DNA from: an uncultured Gemmatimonadales bacterium
Lineage (GTDB): Bacteria; Gemmatimonadota; Gemmatimonadetes; Gemmatimonadales; GWC2-71-9
DNA: 64,000 bases
Direction: 5' to 3'
Assembly: GCA_963728915.1 (NCBI GenBank)
Contig: CAVSLV010000001.1
Location: 1,376,001-1,440,000, forward strand
In this document: positions 39,140 through 49,788 of the stretch, piece by piece
Position numbering within the stretch: position 1 is the first letter of the stretch
Layout of the letters: every line of letters begins with the position of its first letter
Notes under the pieces: generated by a model
What the model was told of the DNA's origin: nothing
What the model saw: the letters and a program-made list of their open reading frames with translations, nothing else
Databases searched by the model: none
Made by a program: the position numbers and the translations under genes

Positions 39140-39791
39140 ACGGCCGGCACGGCGGGATCCGCCACCCGACAGAACCTGCTGGCGCGGAGCGCCAGCTCGA
39201 GCAGATCGGCCGAGGCATGGACTTGTTGCGCCGAAAACGAGAGGCGCTGGTACGGGAGCTCTTCAGGCTGGCTCGCCCGGCGGCGCTGCATCGCCGGACC
39301 ATCGCGGAGCGGGCCGCGAGCAGCCTGGCCCCTGCTCCTCGATGGGCTGGCTTCGGAGGGCTATGCCGGGACTTCGGGCGCTGGGCTGGCCGCCCCGAAC
39401 GGTGGAGGCGGAGATGCGATCGGGACAGGTCTGGGGTATCCCGATCGCGGAAATCTTGCGGCGCACCCCGATCCCTCGTACTCTCGCCGCCAGAGGCACG
39501 CCACCCGGGTCCGGCTCGATGAGCGCCATCCAGGCCGCCGGAGCGTTTGAAGCACTCACCGACGCCCTGCTCGAGGCCGCCGGACGGGAGGCGCTGCTCC
39601 GCAGGCTGGGCGAGGCGCTGGCGCAGACGTCCCGCCAGGTGAATACTCTAGAGCAGCAGCTGGCCCCCCGGTTGGAGAGCGAGATCGCCGGGATCCGGCG
39701 GAAGCTGGATGAGCGCGAGCGAGAGGACAAGGTGCGGCTGATCCACCGACGGATCCGAGATCAAACCCGATACCCGATAAGCGAGGATCCC
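39136..39791 (+). CDS. V/A-type ATP synthase subunit D, frameshifted; no stop before the next gene
   Basis: [16 protein letters not shown] and [10 protein letters not shown]...LDERERED lie in different frames. Confidence 0.85.
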
Positions 39792-40382
39792 ATGGCGTTC
39801 CGCAAAGGCATCTACATCGTCCCCACTCATCGCTGGTACATCGAGCGGACCGTCTGGCTGGTCGCAGGAGTTGTTCTCCTCACCGGCACCCTGCTGGCGC
39901 TGCTGGTGCATCCCCTGTGGGTGCTGCTGGTGATCGCGACGGGGATCGCCTCGATCACGGTGGCACTCACGGGGTTCTGCGTGGTGGGGAATACCCTGCG
40001 GCTGTTCGGTTTCACCCCGCTGCTGGGCGACCAGGCGCGGACTCGGCGCGGCTTCTACTTCATGCAGACCGATCGCTGGTACCTGGAGCGGCGGATCTAC
40101 CTCGCGGTAGGGATCAACATCTCGATCGCATCGGTCCTGTCCCTGGTCTGGACCCCGTGGTGGCTGAGCTTCACGGCGTTCGTGGGCGGCGCGATGGTCT
40201 GGTTTGCGGCGACCGGCTACTGCATCATGGCCAATGGCCTCTACTGGCTCGGCGCGGAGCCGCGTTTGACGAAGGCCGCGAACAGCGAAGCGGCGGGTAA
40301 AGGGAGTTTGGGGGTTCCTTCAGGATCGCTTCATCCGGTCGCACCGATCTTGGTCTCGGGAGAAGGCCAAGTTTCCACCTGA
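39792..40382 (+). CDS. Tandem DUF2892 (YgaP-like) membrane protein
   Basis: Two repeats RWY[IL]ER...W......TG[FY]C; GAGGA SD before the ATG at 39792. Confidence 0.8.
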   Translation: MAFRKGIYIVPTHRWYIERTVWLVAGVVLLTGTLLALLVHPLWVLLVIATGIASITVALTGFCVVGNTLRLFGFTPLLGDQARTRRGFYFMQTDRWYLERRIYLAVGINISIASVLSLVWTPWWLSFTAFVGGAMVWFAATGYCIMANGLYWLGAEPRLTKAANSEAAGKGSLGVPSGSLHPVAPILVSGEGQVST

Positions 40383-40398
40383 AGCCGGCGGGTGCGCC

Positions 40399-40803
40399 AT
40401 GACCAGAGTCGTCGATGTAATGACCCGGAAGGTGGTTTCGATTCGCGCAGATGCGACCTTTCGTGAGGCCCTGACCGCGCTCGCAAGCGAGCATATCACT
40501 GGCGCCGCGGTCATCGATGGGCACGGGCGCCTGATTGGCGCGATCAGCCGATCCGACATACTCGAGGCCGAAGCGGAATCCGAGGACTCGGAAGCCTGGG
40601 CCAGGCGCCTCGACACAACCATCATCCGTGAAGTGATGGCAAGCCCGGTGCTCACGATTGGCCCGGAGGCCAATCTCAAGGAGGCCGCGCTCGCCATGGA
40701 GTACGGCGACGTGCACCGGCTGTTCGTGGTCGAGAAGGAAGACCTCGTGGGTGTCGTGTCGAGGAGTGATGTGAGCCGGGCGATGGCGACCGGGCGGGCC
40801 TGA
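40399..40803 (+). CDS. CBS-domain protein
   Basis: V.DVMT..VVSI, GRLIGAISRSDI and VHRLFVV...GVVSRSDV. Confidence 0.9.
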   Translation: MTRVVDVMTRKVVSIRADATFREALTALASEHITGAAVIDGHGRLIGAISRSDILEAEAESEDSEAWARRLDTTIIREVMASPVLTIGPEANLKEAALAMEYGDVHRLFVVEKEDLVGVVSRSDVSRAMATGRA

Positions 40804-40819
40804 AGAAGGATCCTGCCGG

Positions 40820-41365
40820 TCAGACGCGACCCTCCGCGACCGCGCGGGTGATGTCGGCCGTGGTGACGAGGCCGGACAATCGGCTGCCTCGGGTTACCAG
40901 GAGCCGGTGCACCTCATTCTCCTGCATCCGCCGGGCCGCCTCTTGCACTGAACCTTCAGGCTCGATGGTCCAGAGCCTCCGGCTCATCGCCTCCTCGACG
41001 GTGTGTTCGCCGAGGACATCCCATTCCGGACCGTCCGGGGAACGCGCCCGCTCGACCAGGTCCGCGCCGGCATCGGCCCAGAGCTGCTGGAAGTAAGCCC
41101 CCACGGCGACCTCTTCGCCTTTCACTTCACCCGGCGGCGGCTCCTCTTCCCACCCCTCCTCCTGTTCGTCCCGCGGGACCGGCGCCAGCGAGGCGAGAAA
41201 TGACGCGATATCGCTCAGGGTGATCACTCCCGCGACATTGCCCCCAGCCACCACGGGGGCGCCACTCAAGTGCTCGTGGGCGAGCAGCTCGATACAGTCG
41301 CGGAGCGAGAGGTCGGCGCTGACCACGACCAGCTCGGTGCTCATGATATCTTTGACGAGAGCCAT
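40820..41365 (-). CDS. CBS-domain protein with an acidic linker
   Basis: VKDIMSTELVVV...SGAPVV...GVITLSD and VHRLLV...GLVTTADI. Confidence 0.88.
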   Translation of the reverse strand: MALVKDIMSTELVVVSADLSLRDCIELLAHEHLSGAPVVAGGNVAGVITLSDIASFLASLAPVPRDEQEEGWEEEPPPGEVKGEEVAVGAYFQQLWADAGADLVERARSPDGPEWDVLGEHTVEEAMSRRLWTIEPEGSVQEAARRMQENEVHRLLVTRGSRLSGLVTTADITRAVAEGRV

Positions 41366-41479
41366 GGGATCTCCTTTCCCACGGGGACGATATGGAGCGC
41401 TCCCACGAGACAATCTCGCTCGTTGTCGACGAACGGGAAGGCTGCGGTGGCGGAAAATCCGTCGGACAGGGAGGGAAGC

Positions 41480-41728
41480 ATGAACGAGCCGGTATCTGAA
41501 GAACAGCGCGTTTCCGGGGAAAACCTGGTCGGCCGGGTCAAGGAGCTGGTCCACCAGGGGAACATCCGGCGGATCATCGTGAAAAACGACGCCGGCCACA
41601 CGATTCTCGAAATTCCCCTGACGGTTGGCGTGGTTGGCGCGGTTCTGCTCCCGATTTGGGTCGCGCTCGGCTCGATCGCTGCGCTGGCCTCGCACTACAC
41701 CCTGGTGGTGGAGAAGCGTGAGGGCTGA
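41480..41728 (+). CDS. DUF4342 domain protein
   Basis: VKELVHQGNIRRIIVKNDAGHTILEIPLTVGVVGAV. Confidence 0.85.
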   Translation: MNEPVSEEQRVSGENLVGRVKELVHQGNIRRIIVKNDAGHTILEIPLTVGVVGAVLLPIWVALGSIAALASHYTLVVEKREG

Positions 41729-41733
41729 TTCCC

Positions 41734-42057
41734 CTACCCGAGGGCTCGGCGCCTCCGTTCCAGCTGCTGCCCCAGCCGGCCGCACACCAGGTCGCACAGC
41801 TTGAACACCGTGGGATCGGCGAGCTGATAGTAGACCGAGGTTCCCTCCCGGTGTCGAGCGACGTAGCCCCCGGCGTAGAGCACCTGCAAGTGCTTCGACA
41901 GATTGGCCTGGCCGATCCCGAGATCCTGCTGCAGCTCGCTTACCGAGCGCTCCCCCCGCCGAAGAGCGTTCAGGATCAGGAGCCGGGTCGTCTCGCCCAG
42001 GATCCGGAACCGTTCGGCCACCTGCTCGATGGCCGCCGGCGTGAGCCGTGGGCTCAT
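41734..42057 (-). CDS. ArsR/SmtB-family repressor with a C-terminal CxxxC
   Basis: FRILGETTRLLIL, GQANLSKHL, REGTSVYY and LCDLVCG motifs. Confidence 0.92.
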   Translation of the reverse strand: MSPRLTPAAIEQVAERFRILGETTRLLILNALRRGERSVSELQQDLGIGQANLSKHLQVLYAGGYVARHREGTSVYYQLADPTVFKLCDLVCGRLGQQLERRRRALG

Positions 42058-42260
42058 GGAGAGGACGGCTCGCAACCCAGAATCCGGAATCGCCGTAACA
42101 CGCGCTCCAGCGGGCAGAACAACGTGAAGCTCGACTGGACCAGGTTGACGCCCACGAAGGCGGTGAAGAGGAACCAGGCTGGATGAACCCACCACCCGAG
42201 CGCGAGGGATACCAGGACAAAGGTTCCGGCGAATCTCCGAATGATCATCTCACAGCGCAT
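42054..42260 (-). CDS. DUF2892 (YgaP-like) membrane protein
   Basis: IRRFAG...WFLFTAFVGVNLVQSSFTLFCP. Confidence 0.88.
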   Translation of the reverse strand: MRCEMIIRRFAGTFVLVSLALGWWVHPAWFLFTAFVGVNLVQSSFTLFCPLERVLRRFRILGCEPSSP

Positions 42261-42289
42261 GGGGCCCGCTCCTTTCGATGTCGTTCACT

Positions 42290-42581
42290 TCACGCCGCAT
42301 ACTCGACCGGAAGCACGGCGACATGCAGCCGTTCGCCCTCGGGGAGCCGGCGGGACTCCTCCAACACCGCATTCACGACGATTCGCTCCTCCTCCGAAGG
42401 TACCAGACTGAAGAACACCGTGTTGCCCCCGGGCCAGGCTCGGGTTACCAAGCCGGCGTCCGGTCTGGCCGGCTCCCCGCGCTCCGGGAAGCTCGGTGTA
42501 ACCTTCGACTCGATGCCGGTCGAGCAGCGCGCTCACCCGTTCGGGGCTTGCCCCGGCATAGATCACCAGCAGCATCTTCAC
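42290..42581 (-). CDS. PII-fold transporter-associated protein (PG0541-like), one frameshift at ~42447
   Basis: MKMLLVIY...[21 protein letters not shown] continues as [15 protein letters not shown] after removing one base. Confidence 0.65.
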
Positions 42582-45500
42582 AACTTCGCCTCCTTCCGGC
42601 TGGCCAGCTCCCAGTAGAGCAGGGGAACCACCACCATGGTCAGGACCGTCGCCACCACCGCGCCGCTCATCAGCGCCACTGCCAGTCCCTGGAAGATCGG
42701 ATCGAGCACCATCACCGCACCGCCCGCCACCACCGCGGCCGCGGTCAGCGCGATCGGGCGGAAACGCACCGCCCCGGCATCGATCACCGCATCCGCCAGC
42801 GACCGTCCGCGCTCCCGGGCCAATTGGATGAAATCCACCAGCAGAATGGAATTGCGCACGATGATCCCCGCCAGCGCGATCATCCCGATCATGCTGGTCG
42901 CGGTGAAGAAGGCGCCGCTCAGGGCGTGCCCCGGCAGGATCCCGATCAGGGTCAGGGGAATCGGCGCCATGATCACGAGCGGGGTCGAGAAGGACTGGAA
43001 CCATCCGACCACCAGGACATAGATGAGGAGCAGCACAACGCGCGAATGCCAGACCGAGGTCGCGGAACACTTCGATGGTGATCTGCCACTCCCCGTCCCA
43101 CTTGAGCGCGGTTTCGTCGAGCCGGGCCGGCTGGATCGCGTTGTAGCGCACGATCGGGGCACCACCGACCCGCACGGTATCGAGCGCGCGGTTCATCGCC
43201 AGAATGGCATAGACCGGAGACTCGATGGTCCCCGCGACGTCCCCGGTCACGTAGATCACCGGACGCAGATTCTTCCGAAGCCGCGAGACCGGCTGCACGG
43301 CTGGAATCCACCGTCACGAAGCGCGCCAGCGGCGCCGGCCCCAGCGCGGTCGCGACCGGGATGCCGAGGACCGCCCCCAGCGAGGAGCGCCGCTCCGGCG
43401 GCAGCCGCGGCGATGATCGCGACGGTTCGCGCGCAGTCGGAGAGGTCGCAAGCCCGGCTTCTGGCCGCTCATCGCCAGAGCGACGGTCTGGGCGATCTGC
43501 TCCACACTTGCCCCGGCTTCCGCAGCCCGCACCCGATCGACCTGAAAGCCGCCACTTGGCCTGGGGAGACTCGATGGTCCAGTCCACATCCACCACCCCG
43601 GGCGTCGCCTCGAAGACAGCCATGACCCTGACGCGCCGCCTCGATCCGTATGCTGTCATTCGCGCCATAGACCTCGGCCACCAGGGTGGAAAGCACCGGT
43701 GGGCCGGGCGGAATCTCGGCGACCTTGGCCCGGGCGCCGTAGCGGCGCGCGATCGAGTCGATGCCGGGCCGCGCCGCGACCGCGATGTCGTGGCTCTGGC
43801 GCCTCCGCTCTCCCTTGGGCAGGAGGTTGACCTGAAGGTCCGCGACGTTCCCGCCCTGCCGCAGGAAATAGTGGCGCACCAGCCCATTGAAGTTGAACGG
43901 CGCGGCGGTCCCCGCGTAGGCCTGGACGCTCCGCACTTCGGGCACCGAGCGGAGCCACGCCGCAGATATCGGAAGCGGCGGCATTGGCGGTTTCCAGCGC
44001 CGCACCTTCCGGCAGGTCGAGAATCACCTGAAACTCGCTCTTGTTGTCGAAGGGCAGCATCTTGACCTGCACCGCGCGGACCGCGAGGAGTCCGACCGAC
44101 GCAAGGAGCAGCATCCCGATAACGCCGTAGGTCAGGTAGCGCCTCCGCGTCGCCGGTGAGGAGCGGACTCATGACCCGCCCATACCACCGCCCGAATCCG
44201 GTGCGCTCCTCCGGCCCGGCCGGAGCCCCGGGGGCTGACCCCTTGCCCACATGACCCCGGAGCAGCCGGAGCGCCAGCCAGGGCGTGATCACGAAGGCGA
44301 CGCCGAGGGAGGCCAGCATCGCCGCGGAGGCGCCGATCGGGATGGGACGCATGTAGGGACCCATCAGGCCGGAGACGAACGCCATCGGAAGAATCGCGGC
44401 GATCACCGTGAAGGTCGCCAGAATGGTGGGATTCCCCACCTCGTCGACCCCTTCCACGGCGGCTTCCTCGGGGGGACGGCGCGCCAGCTTCAGGTGACGA
44501 TAGATGTTCTCGACCACGACGATGGCGTCGTCCACCAGAATGCCGATCGAGAAGATCAGCGCAAAGAGGGTGATCCGGTTGAGCGAGTAGCCCAGCGCAT
44601 AGTAGACGAAGAGCGTGAGCGCGAGCGTCACCGGCACCGCGACCAGCACGACCAGCGCCTCCCGCCAGCCCAGAACGATCCCGATCAGCGCGGTCACCGA
44701 GAGCGTGGCGAGCAGCAGGTGAAAGATCAGCTCGTTGGCTTTCTCGGTCGCGGTCTCTCCGTAATTCCGGGTCACCGCGAGGGCCACCGAGGCCGGCAAC
44801 AACCGCTGCCGCCCGGCCTCGAGCCGTTCTTCCACCGCGAGCGCGACCGTGGCCGCGTTGGCGCCCCGCCGTTTGGCCACCGCGATCGTCACTGCCTGCT
44901 CCGGCGCTTCCTCTCCCTGCCGGTGAGTGACATAGGACACCGGCTCCCCATAGCCCTCGCGAACCTCGGCGACGCTCCCGAGATAGACAGGACGTCCGCC
45001 CCGACTGGCTACCACCACCCCCGAGAGCTCGGCGGGGTTCGAGAGCGGAGCGCCTACCTCGACCCGGATCGCCTGGTCGGCCGAGCGCACCTCTCCGGCC
45101 GGCAAACGACGGTTCGCGCCATGGAGTGCCGCAACGACTTCGCCGGGAGTCACCCCGCTGGCGGCGAGGCGGGCGGGATCGAGGAGCACCTCGAACTGGC
45201 GCGGGGCACCTCCCACGACGAAGGTCCGCGAAACATCGGGGATGGTCCGGATCTCGTCTTCCAGGTGAATGGCCATCTCGCGCAGCATATTCGATCCGTA
45301 GCCGCCACCATGCAGAGTGAAGGTCAGAATCGGTACGTCATCGATGGCGTAGGGCCGGACCAGGGGCGCCGACGCGCCCGGCGGAGCCTGATCCATCGCG
45401 GCCATGAGCTTGGCGTGGACCTTCACCACGCTTTGCTCCTGGTTGGCGCCCACCTTGAAGCGCACCGTCACCAGGGTCGTGCTCTCCCCCGCCATGCTGT

Positions 45501-45750
45501 ACACGTATTCCACTCCGGGGATCTCCCACATCATCCGCTCGATCGGACGGGTGAGGAGATTCTCGACCTCCGCCGGGCTCGCACCGGGCAGCGCCGCCAG
45601 CACATCGATCATGGGGACCGAGATCTGCGGCTCCTCCTCGCGGGGGGTAGCCAGCAGCGCGATCCCGCCGACAATGAGGGCGGCGAGGGTGACCAGCGGC
45701 GTCAGACGGGAACGGAGGAACCCGCTGGCGATGCGACCGGCGATGCCCAT
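42578..45750 (-). CDS. RND permease (AcrB/CusA family), several frameshifts between ~43040 and ~44150
   Basis: [37 protein letters not shown] and RFRPIALT motifs spread over several frames. Confidence 0.88.
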
Positions 45751-45751
45751 C

Positions 45752-46783
45752 TCAGGGACCTCGGTTCGCGGCGAGCACGCTATCGCCCGGTGCCAACCCG
45801 GTGAGCACCTCGACCTGGTCGCCTGCCCGTGCGCCCAGCCTGACCCAGCGAAGCTCGGCTCCGGCGCCACGGCGCACCCGTAGCCCGGTGAGATCCCCTT
45901 CCCGGACCACGAGCCCCGCCGGTACCATCACGGCGGGGCGAGTGCCGAGCGGAATCGCGAGCGTAACCGCGGACCCGGAAAACCATTCTCCCTTGAGGTT
46001 CGGGATCGTCGCATTGACCGTCGCGAGATTGCCGCCGGGCGCGGGCACCACCCCTTCGACCACCGCCTCCACCACTCGGCCCTCGATGGTTCCGCCGATC
46101 CGGTCGCCCCGGCGGAGATGGCCGGCAACGGCGGGGAGGGCGGTGGTCGAGAGCCGGAGGGTCGAGGGATCCTCCAGCTCGAGCAGCGGTTGCCCCGGCG
46201 CGGCGAAGGCTCCCGGATCGACCAGCCGGCGGGTTATGACGCCCCCGAACGGCGCGCGCAGCACGGCATAGTCGCCGGTGGCGGCCACCTCCTGCTCGGC
46301 GGCGCCGGCCTGACGCAGTGCCGCATCCGCCCGCGCCAGCGTTGCTTCCGCCTGGTCGAGCTGGGCCCGGGCGGCCGCACTGTCGCCGTAGAGGGCCCGG
46401 ATCCTTCGCGCCTGGGTTTCCGCCTCGTGAAAAGCCGCTTCGGCGGCGGCGCGACCGGCCCGGGTCTGCTCGCGGCGGGCGTCCAGGTCGCGGGCGTCGA
46501 GCCGAACCAGCACCTGGCCGGCGAGAACCCGCTCGCCCTCTCGCACCGTCACCGCCGTCACTCGGGCCATCAGCTTGGAGGCCAGTTGGGCTCGCTGCAC
46601 CGGCACCGCGACTCCGCTGGCACTAAAGAGGTCGGTGATCGTGGTTTCTCGCGCCACCCAGGCCACCGCTTCGGCGCTGGACGGCGGTGCGGCCGATTCG
46701 GTCCGTTTGCTCCCGCAAGCCGCCAACCCGGCGATCGCGACGACCGCCCCCAATCTTCGACCCGGCCCAAAATCGATCTTCAT
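45752..46783 (-). CDS. RND periplasmic adaptor (membrane fusion protein, lipoprotein)
   Basis: LAAC lipobox; V.VREGERV.AGQVLVRLD and LRAPFGGVI motifs. Confidence 0.92.
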   Translation of the reverse strand: MKIDFGPGRRLGAVVAIAGLAACGSKRTESAAPPSSAEAVAWVARETTITDLFSASGVAVPVQRAQLASKLMARVTAVTVREGERVLAGQVLVRLDARDLDARREQTRAGRAAAEAAFHEAETQARRIRALYGDSAAARAQLDQAEATLARADAALRQAGAAEQEVAATGDYAVLRAPFGGVITRRLVDPGAFAAPGQPLLELEDPSTLRLSTTALPAVAGHLRRGDRIGGTIEGRVVEAVVEGVVPAPGGNLATVNATIPNLKGEWFSGSAVTLAIPLGTRPAVMVPAGLVVREGDLTGLRVRRGAGAELRWVRLGARAGDQVEVLTGLAPGDSVLAANRGP

Positions 46784-48135
46784 GGCATTCCCCCGCCCTG
46801 ATTCCGCATGGTGAAATCGCTGAGGTCGTATCCCATGGCCACGACCCACGCTCCCCCGGCGACCAGGAGCCGGTAGGCGGCGGCGGCGCGCTCGACCCGG
46901 ACCTGCACCTCGAGCGCCGCCGCCTCCAGAAGCTCGGTGACCGTCGCAAGCCCCCCTTCGTACTTGCGGGTTACGATGCGGTGAGCTTCGCCGGCCTGTC
47001 CGACCGCCCGTTCGGCGATTCCAAGGCTGGCGCGGGCAACCTCCAGGTCAATACGCCGCTCCTCCTGCTCCAGCCGGGCCTGTGCCGTCGCGGCTTCCGC
47101 CTGGGCGTCGGCTCGCGCGGCTTCGGCCCGGGCCCGGCTCCGCTCCACCAGCTCGGAGCCCCCGCTGAACAGCGACCATCGCGCGATCACCCCCACGGTC
47201 CAGGCCGAATGGCCGCCGAAGGGACGGTCGGGGGCATTCCAGTCCAGCCGTCCGAAGGAGTTGATCGTTGGGAGGAGAAGCGACCCGGCGCGGGTTATGT
47301 CCCGATGCGCCGCCAGGGCGCCAAGCCGCGCCGCCTCGACATCCGCCCTGACCACCGGGACAGGAGTCGGGTCGATCCCCATCAACCGCGACGAATCGGG
47401 AAGCCGATCGGGCAGTGCGAATGACGAATCCTCGGGGAGCCCGAGGGTCAGGGCGAGCCGCCGGACCGCGATCGTTCGGGCCCCCCGGGCGGCCAGCAGC
47501 TGCGCTTCCACCTCGCCAGCCTTGACTTGCGCCAGCAGAAGATCGGAGCGGGTCACGATCCCTTGTTCGAGCAGGGACTGGGCGAGACGCACGTGACTCC
47601 GCGCCGCCGCCAGGCCGGCCTCGAGCGCAGCGACCTGCTCCCGGGCGAGAATGCCGCCGAAATAGTCCCGCACGACCTCCAGCTGGACCTGGGCCCGGCT
47701 CCAGTGCGCCATGGACTCACTGGCGCGAGTGGCGCTCGCCGCGGCGCTTCGGCCGAGCCAGGCCTCTGGATTGAGCAGGGGCACTTCCGCCACCAGACCG
47801 GCCCCCACGTTGGAGGTCGGCCCAGGGTCGTTCAGGTGATCAGGATCGAAGGAAGCCTGGGTGACGACCCGCTGGCGCAGACGGACGCCGAAGGCGCCGA
47901 GCGGGTCGGTGGTGCGGGTCCACCCGGCTTCGGCCCGAACCGTGGGAAGGAGGCCCCGCAGGGTGCGGTCGCGTTCGGCGGCGCGCGCCATCACCTCGGC
48001 CTGCGCCATTCGATTGGCAAAGGCGTGCTGGTCGGCGAGGGCCAGCGCCTCGCGGAACGTCAGGACCTGCTGCGCGGGGACGCCCGAAGGGGCGGCCAAT
48101 GCACCAAGGAGAAGCAGCCGCGACGCGACATTCAT
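46780..48135 (-). CDS. TolC-family outer membrane factor
   Basis: Signal peptide; OEP repeats LLPTV..., KYEGGLATVTELLEA. Confidence 0.92.
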   Translation of the reverse strand: MNVASRLLLLGALAAPSGVPAQQVLTFREALALADQHAFANRMAQAEVMARAAERDRTLRGLLPTVRAEAGWTRTTDPLGAFGVRLRQRVVTQASFDPDHLNDPGPTSNVGAGLVAEVPLLNPEAWLGRSAAASATRASESMAHWSRAQVQLEVVRDYFGGILAREQVAALEAGLAAARSHVRLAQSLLEQGIVTRSDLLLAQVKAGEVEAQLLAARGARTIAVRRLALTLGLPEDSSFALPDRLPDSSRLMGIDPTPVPVVRADVEAARLGALAAHRDITRAGSLLLPTINSFGRLDWNAPDRPFGGHSAWTVGVIARWSLFSGGSELVERSRARAEAARADAQAEAATAQARLEQEERRIDLEVARASLGIAERAVGQAGEAHRIVTRKYEGGLATVTELLEAAALEVQVRVERAAAAYRLLVAGGAWVVAMGYDLSDFTMRNQGGGMP

Positions 48136-48141
48136 AACTTA

Positions 48142-48172
48142 ATAACTATATAGTTATATATAAATAGTCAAC
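48142..48172 (-). promoter_or_regulatory. AT-rich promoter with a perfect 16-bp palindrome, putative ArsR operator
   Basis: ATAACTATATAGTTAT at 48142-48157 overlaps the -10 region; TTGACT -35 on the minus strand at 48167-48172. Confidence 0.75.
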
Positions 48173-48303
48173 CGGCACGCTCGGCAAGCTTCCCGCCGCC
48201 TTCACGCTACCAGCGCTCCGTCCGGGCGACCCGCTCCGGGAGACCCCGATCCGCCCGGAGCAGGGAAAAGATCATGGCCAGAGCAGCGCCGTCCGCACCG
48301 TCA

Positions 48304-49227
48304 TCACCAGGGCTGGGGCAGCGAGGGACGCGCTGCGAGCACCGGCTTGCTCGCGCCCCGGATCACTTTGTCCGCCACGCTCCCCAGGAGCAGCCGGCGG
48401 ACTCCTCCGCGCCCATGCGTCGCCATCGCGATCAGGTCATAGCGGCCTTGCGCAAGGGTCTCCAGCAATCCTCCCGCCGCGCTGGACCCATCCACAATCC
48501 GGGCAGAAACGCTCAAGCCCCGATCGCGAAGGTCCCCGGCGATCCGGTCGAGCTTCTTCTGCGCGGTCTGGCGCTGCTCCTCGAAGATCTGCGGAGGAAT
48601 GCTCGGCACATAGGGCCCACCCATGGCGATCGGGCCGAGCACCGGCTCGACCACGTACACCAGGGTCACATGGCCCTCGGTGAGCTGTGCCAGCCTCACC
48701 ACCGGCTCCAGGATCGCCTCGGACTCGGGGGAGAGGTCCAGCGAAACCAGGATCGAGTGCAGGGCGGGCTCCTCGGTCGGCTCGGTCCGGTCCGGATGGA
48801 CCAGCAGGACTGGAATCGTAAGATGCCGAATCAGATAATCCGCCACGCTTCCCAGCCAGAGCCGCCCCATCGCGCCCCGGCCATGGGTGGCCATCACGAC
48901 CAGATCCGCATCGACCCCGGTGGCCTCTTCACAAAGGACCGGGCCGGGAGCCCCCTCAAGATCCCGGAATTCCACCATGGGAAATCCGGAATGCAGCAGC
49001 TCACCGGAGAGCGCGGCCAGATAGGAGCGTTCCTTGTCCCGGGTCTGCTCATCCACTTCGATCATGGGCGGAGTGTCGCCCATTCCCACCAGGGCAGGCA
49101 CCGGTTCGTGAACCATGATCAGGTGGATCCTGGCCTGGGTGCTCCGGGCCAGCCGGGTCGCAAACGGTATGGCAGCCTCGGCAAAGTGCGAACCGTCCAA
49201 TGGAACCAGAATGTTGCGGTAGCTCAT
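48304..49227 (-). CDS. Universal stress protein (tandem USP domains)
   Basis: [25 protein letters not shown] occurs twice. Confidence 0.93.
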   Translation of the reverse strand: MSYRNILVPLDGSHFAEAAIPFATRLARSTQARIHLIMVHEPVPALVGMGDTPPMIEVDEQTRDKERSYLAALSGELLHSGFPMVEFRDLEGAPGPVLCEEATGVDADLVVMATHGRGAMGRLWLGSVADYLIRHLTIPVLLVHPDRTEPTEEPALHSILVSLDLSPESEAILEPVVRLAQLTEGHVTLVYVVEPVLGPIAMGGPYVPSIPPQIFEEQRQTAQKKLDRIAGDLRDRGLSVSARIVDGSSAAGGLLETLAQGRYDLIAMATHGRGGVRRLLLGSVADKVIRGASKPVLAARPSLPQPW

Positions 49228-49424
49228 GACGGGCCTCCCTTCACGGTCGAAATGCCGAGGACGGAGTACAAGGGGCAAGTGCCCAGGAGGCCGGTCCCGA
49301 GGGGGACCAGCCCGATCAACGTGACGTAGCGCCAAGGTGCATCCAGGGCGCCGTAGAGACCGAGAATGAGAATCCCGAGAATGATCCGGATCACCCGATC
49401 CAGCGAACCGATATTGCGCCGCAT
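49224..49424 (-). CDS. DUF2892 protein
   Basis: MRRNIGSLDRVIRIILG...GLVPLGTGLLGTCPLYSVLGIST. Confidence 0.9.
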   Translation of the reverse strand: MRRNIGSLDRVIRIILGILILGLYGALDAPWRYVTLIGLVPLGTGLLGTCPLYSVLGISTVKGGPS

Positions 49425-49467
49425 TGCATCCTCCTGTCGTTCCGGAAGCAATTACGCACCGACCCCT

Positions 49468-49494
49468 TGAAGTCGACCTGAAGCGCTCGTGAAG
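49468..49494 (-). promoter_or_regulatory. Perfect triple direct repeat TGAAG-N6-TGAAG-N6-TGAAG (OmpR-type box)
   Basis: TGAAG at 49468, 49479 and 49490; -10-like GTAATT about 12 nt downstream on the minus strand. Confidence 0.65.
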
Positions 49495-49522
49495 AAGAGG
49501 AAAGGATGTCCCGATCTGCAGG

Positions 49523-49732
49523 TCAGGGCCGTTCCACGATCCGGGTGGCCCGCGCGGTCACTCCGTGTCGGAGGCAGAGCGAGAGGATCTCTTCCGGCTC
49601 GTGGTCGGCGAGTGGGATTTCGAGCCCGATCGGGGTGGCGAGATGGGGCGGAAGAGCGGCCCGCAACCCGGGCAGGCCGGGAGCGGCAGGATCGAGAAGG
49701 AACAGGCGAAGGACGGGAGACCCGCGGGGCAT
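49523..49732 (-). CDS. Small hypothetical protein
   Basis: 69-aa ORF co-oriented with its neighbours, fills the gap, weak AGGA SD. Confidence 0.4.
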   Translation of the reverse strand: MPRGSPVLRLFLLDPAAPGLPGLRAALPPHLATPIGLEIPLADHEPEEILSLCLRHGVTARATRIVERP

Positions 49733-49788
49733 GCGCCAATCCTGGCACGAGCCCGGGCGAGAGCCCCATCCTTGTTATGCGGGTCCCA

